A program made the translations under genes and the position numbers. Source: Paraspadella gotoi (taxonomy: Eukaryota > Animalia > Chaetognatha). Taken from it: DNA of 64,000 nt. Where the stretch lies: contig CM119263.1 of NCBI GenBank assembly GCA_051294375.1, positions 9,788,432-9,852,431 of the forward strand. The letters are read 5' to 3'. Below the pieces are notes generated by a model, which saw only the letters and a program-made list of their open reading frames with translations, was not told the DNA's origin and ran no database searches. Below are positions 41,301-53,300 of this stretch, in pieces (position 1 is the first letter of the stretch; every line of letters begins with the position of its first letter).

Positions 41301-44300
41301 CAAAACAGCGTAACGACAAAAGAAGTCAAAAGAAGCAAACGAATTAATATCTCGCCCAAGGCGGGCATTCGCCCGTCAAGCGAGATAAAAATATTTGCAA
41401 ACACTCGGGTAAGCTACGTACTTGAAGAGCATCGTCAACAATATCGATGACGCGAGCGCGGTACCACTTTTCGTCATTAGGAAACCAGGCAGCAACTAGC
41501 TGACCCAAGTAGAAGTCGCTTTGAGAGTAAAATTTTCGGGCGCCGCGGATACCGTACCAATTCTAACAAGGCCGAAAAAAAATTAACCTTTCAATCTTTT
41601 GGTAATTTACTAAACTATCTGTAAATAATTACAAAATATAATTATAAGTAATATATAATAAAATAATAATTTCACAGTATTAACTAAAATAACTTAGTCG
41701 TAACTACTCTTATCACGCAACCGGAATTGACCTGGTCTCTAGGGTGGAGTGATGAAAATATTGAGCGATTGAACAAACTTTTTTGCTGCGTTTGTATAAT
41801 TTATATAATGTATATGTAATAAACAAGTTTGAGCAAACAATGTCGGATCTGCCCACGATCATTAGCGGTAATTAATTAATATATTAATTAATTTTGTTAT
41901 ATTTTCTCTATTTTCGTTTTTTGGGGGGATTAGCTGATGAAGACTGGAAAAACAGAGTCGAAACATATCCGTCTTATTCTAAATAAAAATCGTTGTTACA
42001 CCAAACAAAATAAACATTTGTTTTTTGCTATTAATTAATTATTTTCTGCTCAATCACACTTTGAGAATTTGTCGCTTATTCTCATGCTAGCGCGGACGAG
42101 CGTCTGATGTTTCGCCCGTTACGAATTGTCTCATCGTGAGTCGCCAAAGAAAAGTTGTAAAGTAACGTTTTATTTCTTTATATAGATCCCTAAGAAACTA
42201 GTAAAAACGATGTTTCTCCGGGCAAAACACTTGGTAAGTTTAATAACAAGCACGACTGAAATTAACGGTTAAATCCACTCGGATATCGAGGGTAGAAATG
42301 GCTGTAACTCAGGAGATAATATAAAATTTCGACTATTAGCAAAGTTTTTTAGTTGTCTTGACTAAATAATAAAGCAATCATTTTCAAAATAAATTTACAT
42401 TATTAGCCATAGCCGATGAAATTTAAATGCTAATGTATACAGCGTTAAAATAATCTATCATGACCATAGATTATGGTATTAAAATATTTTTTGTCAAAAA
42501 TGCTTTCTTCAGAGGGTACTATCCTAATTAAAAATATTATATTACTATATAGAGCAAAAAATTTTTTTTTTAAATCTTAAAATTTTTTGATGTATTCTGA
42601 TAGAGCATAAAAAGTTAAACAAGAAATATAATTACAGCTTTTAAAAATTCTTACGTTTTCTAAGTGAAAATATAAAAAAACTGAAAAAATCATCGAAAGA
42701 TGATGATGATGATTTTTTAGGGTTTTTCTTATTTTTGACACACTTATCGTAAACAATATTTAAAAAAGAATTATACTTTGTGTAGACAACTTTTTATGAG
42801 CTATCTGAACTGGTCTTAAAATTTAAAAATTCTAAAAAATTTTTTTTTCCTATCTATAAATAAATATTAAAAATTAATTACTAAGGTATAGAGCCATATT
42901 AAAATTTTTTGTCCATTGAAAGTATTCTTAAAATGTCTAAGACACAATGAAAAATAACGTGGCGAAACGGTCTCGTGCTGATTTTGTCCCTTTAAAATTG
43001 TTTCTTAGCCAAATTAAATGATCATTACTTTTGGTAATATGTGCGATATACACTACTGGACATTATTGTATCTGACCATAACCCTTGACCATCAACAAAA
43101 AGTTAACTAGATCAAAAATAGTAAAAAAGATGAAGCAATATAGCTCGAAACGCTTACAAAATTTTGTAGCACATTGCTTTTATATAAATGCAAAAAAAAT
43201 ATTAATATTATTTAAAACAAAAATTTAACGATAACCTAATAGTTAACCGAGACCAAGATGAATATTTTTTACCCATCATATTCCTCAATTTATATGAATC
43301 TTTGTTTGTAATTAGTCAATTAATCTAAATAACAATATGACAAATTCATTTTCAATTTTCTTTATGAATGGGAAGTTTTTTCTGCTTACTCCCCTTATGT
43401 CTAATTTTTTAATATTTAAAGGTATTTTCAAAAACCTTATAAATTACTATATTTTTCTTTTTTTTTCAATTCTTTCAAAAAAAAGAACTACATAAAAACA
43501 TTTTAAATTAATAAAAAAAAATTGATTGAATGATTTTGGAAAAAAATATTTTGGAACTTAAGATAATGGATTATGAGTCAGGAAAAAAATTTTGCAATAT
43601 TAAAAAATCAGCCTCTAGCCTTTCGATTTTCTAGAGGCTGATTTTTTTATTTTTTTGATATTTTGATTTTCTATGCAAAACCATTTCTCAATGAGCATAG
43701 GTTGGACAAAATTTTTTTTCCAACAATTTGGAAAAAATTTCAACTTTTCTAATTAGGCTTTTTTGGGGGAGATAAATAATAATATTATACGATGGGTACA
43801 TCTGAAAGTGATATGTCTCTAAATAGACAACAAATTTTCTTCAAGTTTTATTTTGAAATTTAAGTTTTGTACCAATAGAATAAGTGAGATATCTCGCTTT
43901 GCCGAAATTTTTATTTAACAAAGATTTGTACTGCGTAATTTAAAAAAAGTTATTTTTATAAATAACTTTTGAAAGAAAAGAGGTAGCAAGGTGGATGTGG
44001 TATCAAATTAAAGCCCTAATATGGGACACCTTTCTAAAGAGTTTTATTAAATTAAATCCATAAATCTTTACACAGCTTTTGTTTAAATCAGAGTTAAAAG
44101 TATAACAGTTTATTGCTTTTAAAAATTTCAATGAAGGCATATGAATTTTTTCTTTTTCTTTTGTAATTTGAAAAAGGAAAGACTGAATTACATTTTGTAT
44201 TATTAAATTTTCTTTATTCCATAAAATTGCTTATATTTTAAGTTAAAGTAAAAACAAGCAAAAATTTATGTTGTAGTTGATAAAATGTATTTTTAAATAT

Positions 44301-47300
44301 TTAAAAATGATAAATACAAAAATGTTTTCAGCTTGATATAAACAGTTGGACATCTACCTTCTTGTCTGTGGAAAAAAAATCGTCATTTTTCATTATCTTT
44401 AACTGCAAACTAAAAGCTTGACACACTGCTTGTTTATCATAATAAAGTTGTAAAAAATTATATAGCTGGTAACATATTTGACAAAGCAAAACATCATTGT
44501 GTTAAATTGTAATGATAATTTTTTAAATAATGCAAGGAATTTAATTCTATTACTTATCATCGTTTTAATTAAGAAAAAAATTTCGCGGAATAGCCTATGG
44601 CAAGGGTTCTTGACTGACTTAATGATGAAATTTTTAGATTTCTTTACTGCCCCCCTTTTACAAGATATAAAAGGTCATGGTTATCATGTCAATAAGTCCA
44701 GATATTATGTACCCTTTCTGCAACTGCATTCCAAATTTTCTTTTTTTCCCTTTCAAATGTATTAAATAAAAAAATTATTTGAAAGAACAATCGATGGAGG
44801 ATGCCATTGGTAAACCTTAGTTTCCCCACTTCCCGATCGAATTTTTAAATGAGGTTTTTTTTCCATCTATTTGAGACATAACACTAACTATTAGTACCAT
44901 TATTTTTTTTTATTTTTTTATTACAATTCTATAAATAATATGAATAAGTAACTTTTTAAAAAAATTTATCATCCTTCACCCTATATTCAGTCATATCTAA
45001 AAACAAAAAAGATTTTGCATTGATAATTTGGATATCAATATATGAAACTATAACATTTCAAAAAAAAAAAATATAATAATATATTGATCAATGAATTTTT
45101 TTTATGCACGGAACAGTAACGTTACGCCATTTTTTATGTGTCCTAATAATTCGTTTGAGCAAGTACTCGCTCTAAATTTTTTGACTCACCCCATTGAGTG
45201 CGGCTACCCCTAACATTATACGTCTTGATTAATACATAAAATGATACTTATCTTTTTTCACATTATAAAATTTTTTTATAATTACTGCTTTTAAAAATTC
45301 TTACGTTTTTTAAGTTAAAATATTGTATTTTGACTTTTTTTTTTGCTATTTAAAATAGTTTAGAGATGAAACAAAAAATTCGTTGGAATAGCAATTTTAT
45401 TTTTAATATTGAACATGTTTCGACTCTTAGTGGTACTTGTCTTCATCAGCAAGACTCGTACCACTAAGAGTCGAAACATGTACAATATTAAAAATAAAAT
45501 TGCAATTCCAACGAATTTTTCGTTTCATCTCTAAAGTGAAAATATAAAATATAAAAATATATAATCGAAAGATGATGACGATGACGATTTTTTACGGTTT
45601 TTCTTATTTTTGGCTCACTTATCATAAAACAACTTTTAAGACAACTTTTTATGAGTTATCTGAATCTGGTCTAAAAATTTAAAACTTATAAAAAAAAAAT
45701 TTGACCTTTCCTATCTATAAATAAATGTTAAAAAATTAATTATTTGGGTGTAGAGCCATATTATAAATTGTTTGTCCATTGAAAGTATACTTAAATTATA
45801 AAAGTATAAATAAATTTTTGTTTGAGCATGTACTCATTCTAAATTTTTGACTCACCCCATTGTGTGGGGCTACCCCTACCAAAAAGTATGGAAAACGCGA
45901 CATGAGGCGAAATATCTTTCACACACACACTTTCCTACTCACGCACAAAATTTCATCTCAATCTATCCATCCAATTCGAGTAATTATGGGTTAAAATTAG
46001 TAAAAAGATTCAATTAAATGTGACTTATATTTTTTTCATTTAAACTTATTTCCACTTGCATGATTCCATCGAAACTTTATTTCCAGCTTTGTCACTCACT
46101 TTCCTACCCACACACAAAATTTCATCTCAATCTGTAGATTTGATCCTGGAACTTACCTATTCACGAGTGAAGCCTCGGCCGATGTCGCCACTCAGACATT
46201 GACTTTTAGACAACGAAATACCTTTATTATTATGCTAATATTATTTGCTGTTAGCAATAAGCTTTAAGTAAATGTGGCTTATATATTTTCCATTTAAACT
46301 CATTTCCACTGGCATCATTCGGTCGAAACTTTATATCACACCTTTTCCAACACACACAAAATTTCATTCCAATCAAACCTTCCAATCACGAGTAATTGGA
46401 GTTTTTTGCTGAGGGGGGATGGACGGACGGACAGACACAGACGGACGGACGGACATCTTTTTTTTGCATAATTTATCATAATTCAAGTTCTGATATGATA
46501 AAAATGATTTACCGACAAGATTTGGGGGGTGGACCGACAAAGTGGATTATTGAGTCGGAATATGCGACTAAAATACATAGAATTGCTTGATGTAAATAAA
46601 TATTAAACTACATACGATTTACCTGCATGGCTGAAATAAGGAGCTCAAGCTCAGATTCAGGAGTAACCCCGATTTTAGCGAGTTCGTCAATAGGCGTATC
46701 ACCGAACGGCAGGACAACGAAAAATTTTGAAGGAGATACGAAAGCGGAAACGCTGTAAAACAAACGTTCGAGGGATTCGTTATCCCTGAAAAATTTGAAC
46801 AAACGTAAATGATTTGAAGGTAAAATAGCTACCATATAAAAAATCTTCAAAGCATAAGAATCGTCGCAATCACATAAAAAAATCTGGACCCAATCAAATT
46901 TGATTAAGGAAAAAAAATATTAAAAGCATAAGGATCGTCGCGATTGCATAAGAAAAATCTGGATTGATGACAAATTTTGATACTAAAAAAATAAAATTTG
47001 AGAAAAAAAAAGAAAAAAAGAAAAAAAAAATTTAAAAAAAATAAAATAAAGAATAATAAATATAAACAGTAAAATAACTTATTTTCGAGTTTAATTTTTA
47101 ACAAGTGCTAAGCCTGGAGAGACATTATTGAAGGTACTTTTGTTTTACTTTTAGCCCTCATAAGCGAGCAGTTAAATCGAATGCGACCTCTCTAAACACT
47201 GTCAACATTCCCAGACAAATGATAAAGTGAAACTTGAATAAGACTGACGAAGTGAAGTAAAGACTAAAGTGAAGTAAAATGAAGTAAAGTAAAATAAAAA

Positions 47301-50300
47301 AATAAAGTAAATATATATTTAAAAAAAAATATCATTCTGATTGATATTTAGAATATTTAGAAAAAAAAATCCACAAAAACCTCGGATGTAAATTTGGGAA
47401 TAAATGGCGATAATAAAAGTTTTTTAGAGGGAAAAAATTAATCAGAGAGAGAGAGAAAGAAGCCAAATCGTTTTCAGACGAATCAGCAGCGTCAGCAGCA
47501 GAGGCACCTAGAAAAAAAGAAAGAAATCAAAAGGCAGAAGCAGCAGGAGAAAAGAGAGAAAAACAAAGAACCCCTGCAGAGCCAGCTGCAGAGAAAGAAA
47601 TCAAAATGCAGCAGCAGAAGCAGCAGGAGAAAAGAGAGAAAAAGAATAAGCCCCTGCAGAGCCAGCTGCAGACTCGTTGAATCTCTATGAATCAGTGACT
47701 TGGGAAAAGAGAGAGGGAGAGAGACATGTAATTAAAAGAGAAAAGAGAGAGAGAAAGAAATATAAAAATAAAAGAGAGAAAATTTGTTTGTTTTGATAAT
47801 ACGTAAACAAAACATATTTAATAACTGTCCAGACTCAATTTTAAGCACATCGATGATGACAAGCTGTATATAAATTTTCAGCTTCATACACCCAAATTTA
47901 ATCATCAAAAAGGCGATCTATAATTTGGAATCTCGACAACGACGCCACTTATGCGCAAAAATGTTACAATATCGTCGAAAATGCTTAGCGATTGCGACGA
48001 TAAAAACTTGGCTTAGTAAATAGAAAATAAAATTAGATTAGAAGAGTCATAGCTAGAGCTTTAACAAAAAATCTTAAAAGCATAAGGATCGTCGCAATTG
48101 CATAAGAAAAATCTGGATTGACGACAAAGTTTAATACTAAAAAAAATAAAATTTGAGAAAAGAAAATTAATTTATAAACAGAAAGAAAAATTATATTTTA
48201 TAAATTATAATTTAAAGTTACAGTTTCTGAAAAAAAAAAAAGAAAAAAAAATTTTCATTGTCAAAAAATAAACTAATCAGCAGACGCAGCCCCTGAGAAA
48301 AAAAAAACGAAAAAAAAACGAAATAAAAACCTGATGTTGCGATAGCAAAATGATAACATGCACGAATGCGATGCCTAATTTTACGAGTTCAATCCTATTT
48401 CAATTTTTTTTTAATAAAAACGCAGAGAGAGAGAGAGAGAAAAAAAAGAAAAAAATCAAAAGGCAGCAGCAGAAGCAACAGGAGAAAAAGAATAAGCTCC
48501 TGCAGAGCCAGCTGCAGACTCGTTTTTTTTCCCTATGGCTATGAATCAGTGACTTGGGAAAAGAGAGAGGGAGAGAGACATGTAATTAAAATAGAAAAGA
48601 GAAAGAGAAAGAAATATAAAAATAAAGAGAGAAAATTTGTTTGTTTTGATAAAACATAAACAAAAACATATTTAATAACTGTCCAGACTCAATTTTAAGC
48701 ACATCAATGATGAGAAGCTGTATATAATTTTTAGCTTCATACACCCAAATTTAATCATAAAAAAGGCGATCTATAATTTGAACGCCGACGACAACAACAA
48801 CGACGACGCCACTTATGCGCAAAAGCGTTACAATATCGTCGCAAACGCTAAGCGATTGCGACGATAAAAATGAGTAGAATGATTTGAAAGAAAGTAATAG
48901 ATATTTGAAAAAAAAAATTGTCCATTTTTTGCCCACCTGGGCTGACCTCTTAGGGGCCCCATATCTCCGGTCATAGGACAAATTTCAAAAATGCGATCAA
49001 TAGTCCCATTTCTATTGCCCTATAGTTAGATCATGCAAAATTTCATCAATGTCGCCGACATGTTGTCGGTCAAGTAGTTTGATCGGAACCGATTCTTGGT
49101 TCGAAAAAATGAAAGAGCATTTTCTAATATGAAGTCTTCTGTAATGTTTCAAAGAATGTTTGTTGTTAACATACCTAATTACGTAAACTAATCCATCTTG
49201 GAGAATCATTCCTCTGTTGGAGTGCTCCGAGTCACTGATGTAAATCGTTTCACAAGGCTCTCGTCCAGTTAAAGGCACAAATGACGTTGGTTGAGGCGCT
49301 CCAAGGACTACCTCCGATCTCATGGGGTGTACATGGGCGTCTTTGCAATCTCTTCGTAGACAATTACCGTTCTGCAAAACCAATTTAGTAAGAAAATGCA
49401 GGATGTAATATTTTTTTCTCAATCTCCTTAAGACATGCCTGGAAATATTTGCACACCGCCATCTCTTCCAAAACGAAACCATCGATGGCGACTCCGGGGT
49501 TTTCAATATCACACCCGTAGTTATTGCGACAAGACGTCCAATCATCCTCCATTCCGTTGTCATCGAAAACTTTGGCGTCAAACTAAATAGTATAAATTTT
49601 CGTATTAAGTAATTTTGATTTGGAATTTGGTTATTTATTTACGTAAGCCATTGAAACTTTTATGTTCATCATATTAAATAAGTAATATAGTAAACGTAAA
49701 AGTAATAAAACCAAATATTATGTGTCTATGAATCAGTCCATAAATAATAAATAAGGGTCCATGAATCGCAGATGAACTGAGGCTGAAGATCCCGAAGGAG
49801 AGAAAGGATGAACATCATCGTAACCGTAACAGTTGTGGTTCCAAATTGAACAGGAATTCTTCATGTCTCTCCTCTTATGTTTCAGATGTGTGTCTACTAG
49901 GACAAAACAAAAGCAGATTGCTCTTCCTGCTCCTCAGCCTTAATGTCACAAAATCACCAGGCAGACTCCGACAGTAGAAAAATAATATAGACTCTAGAGC
50001 CTGTGAGACAGAACGCGCGTCGAAGTCCACATCCCTGAAGACTGCAGAAAGAAGCATTACGAAATACTGGAGCAATAGTAGTCCAGGAGGTGAAAGGGAC
50101 AGAGAAAATCGGGCCAAGCTCGCAGATCCCAATGAACACAAAGCCAAAACTGCAAAGAGACCAGGTAATGATCAGAAGTGATCAACCTATCCAGACAAAA
50201 TGAGGGTAAATAACGGCGTATCAAGTCCATCTTAGACAACTTAAAAGGAAGATGCGGATGTGGACCTCACCATGAGAGGAGCAAAGAGAGACCAACCCAG

Positions 50301-53300
50301 AAGGCCTTCTGAGGCCATATTAAGAAGAAAGATCGCCGCAGCACCAGCGGGCGAGATGGAAAGACGTTTCTTTAAAAACTTGCAAAAACACGGCCACACA
50401 AAAGCTGGGAACATCCTACGCGAGTCACTGAACATCTCCTCCAGATGTGGCAAAGTCGCCTTGATCGCCAAGCCATGCAGGTAGATTCTGATCTGCAGAG
50501 AATCCGCAAGCAAAGACCTCTGACAACCTTATGGCTGCAAAAATGGTAAAGACAAACCGATGACACCCTGCTGTTGGTCCTCGAAAAAAGCTTGCTTCTG
50601 TCAAACTACTGAACTTGAAAAAGAACCAGAATTCTTTACAATGGGCAACAGCATTTTCCCAAATTCCATAACGGACAAACCTTGGAAAAAACTCCACATC
50701 TTCAGAAATGCAACCACTGCTACTTAGTCGTAAAACTCCAGAAAAATCCTTGATCGGGGCCTAACTTCTAGAATAAAGAAGAAAACTAACGTAGCTCCTC
50801 CTGTCACCTCTGAAAATGACGGGCTGATGGAGTGGGCTCTGTCAAAAGCGACTGGAGAGTCGAGGTCTTCCACTAAAGAAGAGCAAGATGATGAATCAAG
50901 AAGACCTGGACAGGGAACAAATTCGACTACTGGGGGTGGATCACAAATCCCGCCTCCTTGAGAAGGTGAAGAGTTTGCTGAGCATTGACCTACATTGAAA
51001 GGTTCCAATATCAATGTTGAGTTGTTGACATAGCAAAAATACACCTGATGCCCTTTGCACGTACCAAGAGACCAGGGGCCGGATGAAACATAAGTCATTC
51101 TATTTTTAAAGTCTACTCCAACAGAACTGCTGCAGTCTTGTGCAAGGGGCGTCAGAAGTGGACGAGAGTTTACCATACTTCGATCTGGAATTATCCAAGT
51201 TCGGAAGCATTGGGCATGATCTCTAGAAACAAATCAGCAAGAGGAAGGCTGTAGAGACACAAAGCAAAATCCCAGGAGCATAAAGCAATGTTCTTGAAAA
51301 ATTAACAAGTTTGAGCAATGTCGGATCTGCCTACGATAATTTAGCGGTAATCAGCTAAAAAGATGATAATCACGATAATTCTTTGTGACCTCTACCGATC
51401 ATAATAGATCATGTCACATGCGCCAATACATGTAAATCGCTTTTACTGCAGCACAATTAATATTTTATAATTTTAAATAATATTTTATCAATAAGTATAT
51501 TATTTTAAATATTAATTTTTCTTGCATACTTTTTTACCCCCCACCATTGGAGATGCAAGGGGTAGACGTGGCGGAAAGGAGCATGAAGAATCCTGGTTCC
51601 ATCCCGAACAACAAATTCTATTAAATGTCGCTACTATCAGTTACTCCTGTATCTTGAGCGGCAAAAAGACAAAGTTTGTGGAGCGCAAAACCTAAAGGAA
51701 ACAGAAACTTCTGTTTGCATGGACCGCTCTAAAGCTTTCAGTAGCTGCGGAACCATAGAAAAGTGAGAATAAAGCGGTGAATTCGGCCCGGGCTCCCCTG
51801 CGGAGGGCAGTGGAGACGGGAGCTGAAGCGTGTGGTGGTGGAGACAGCGGGTGGCTCCAGAGTCAACCAGTTTCCAAGCCCACTTGCCCACATTTGGCTG
51901 CTGATGCGCGGGCTCGACTTTGGCTTACGGGGTATCAGACCTCTTGAAAAGCCAAAACGGACGACAAATTGTGTCAAAAAAAAAAAATGGGGGGCTAAAT
52001 TTTACTTTCGCCGACCACGGTTTTGACGGCTTTTTAAAATCTACTTAAAAATATTTATTTTAAAAAAATTATTAACAAATATCACCCAATTACACTAAAC
52101 CTCTCAAGTCTTAACCCTAACCAGTAACCACCCCTAACCCTTAACCACCCTTAACCCTAAACCACCCTTAACCCTTCCCTAACCCCGGTCGGCGAAAGTA
52201 AAAGTAACCCAAAAAAGGGCTCTCCGTGAAGAAAAATTCCAAGGACTTTCAAAAAATTTAAAAAAAATTTACTTGTGCCTCAACAAGTTTGAGCAAACAA
52301 TGTCGGATCTGCCTATGATAATTAAGTGGTAATAAGCTAACTTGGTCAACTGACATAATTTTGTCAGCTGACATAATTTTGTCAGCTGGCATAATTTGGT
52401 CAGCTGACATAATTTGGTCAGCTGGCATAATTTGGTCAGCTGGCATAATTTGGTCAACTGACATAATTTGGTCAACTGACATAATTTGGTCAACTGACAT
52501 AATTTGGTCAACTGACATAATTTGGTCAACCGGCATAACTTGGTCAACTGGCATAATTTGGTCTTTTTTTTGCATAATTTATCATAATTCGAGGTTCTGG
52601 TATGATAATAATGATTTACCGACAATATTTTGGGGTGGGACCGACGGACCGACAAAGGGAATTATAGAGTCGGAATCTGCTGATAAGCAGACCCGACTAA
52701 AAAGTGATTTCGTGGCATTCGCTTTCCCAGACATTGAGGGACAGGAGGAGAACGGGCAGGTCTGCTTATCTTTTGTCCTCACTGGACACACAACATCTTG
52801 AACAAAAGAATAACTGTGTGGTGGTAAAGAGAGACATGATATAATAAAGAAATCAATTAAAATTTAAATTTGAAGTATATTGGTGTTTATTAGTTTATTG
52901 CTCAATGACCTGTTCTGATAACGATCCAGTGTTTGATTTGGCGATTGAATTACTAACTTGTCCACACATCACATCCTTGGACAGCAAAGCATTTACTGCG
53001 AATGGGTTTCCAACATAAGAGCTACTGAAAATGATAAAATCAACAAATTTAAAAAACCGTAAAAAATTAGCATTCCTAGAGATTAATACGCTCGAGAGGC
53101 CTATGCCAATGGAAAAATGAAGAGCAAAGATTTTTTTAATTAAATTAACTTTAGAGATGAAACGAAAAATTCGTTGTAATTATTATAAATAATAAAATTA
53201 ACATAAAAAAAAGATGATTGTTTCTTGGAACAAAAAAGCAGGATTCAGATATCGCAATTTTTAGATATCGATTATTCATGGTAATTATCCTTTCTTTTTC

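Larger units (their letters stand above)
49870..52830 (-). mobile_element. Decayed DIRS/Ngaro-like tyrosine-recombinase retroelement, interrupted by HINEs
   Basis: Frameshifted fragments in DIRS order: RT-like (GKWAWKLVD, HRFILTFLW, SFRFCAP), RNase H-like (KGHQVYFCYVNNSTL), MT-like (FPRFV), YR-like (SRRMF..WPCFCKF..AAIFLLNMASEGL; LLSAVFR). Motif recall only; boundaries approximate. Confidence 0.55.

Noticed and set aside
42095-42145. Additional hammerhead-like motif (ACGATGAG..GAAAC)
   Set aside because: The core and stems are too degenerate to call.
51540-51930. Host exons with a 27-nt intron
   Set aside because: Better explained as frameshifted DIRS-like RT remnants; the phases do not fit the gene model.
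52343-52562. CRISPR-like array or repeat-protein ORFs (LCQLTK, DQIMS)
   Set aside because: Contiguous 18-bp units with no spacers, inside a non-autonomous element in a eukaryotic genome.
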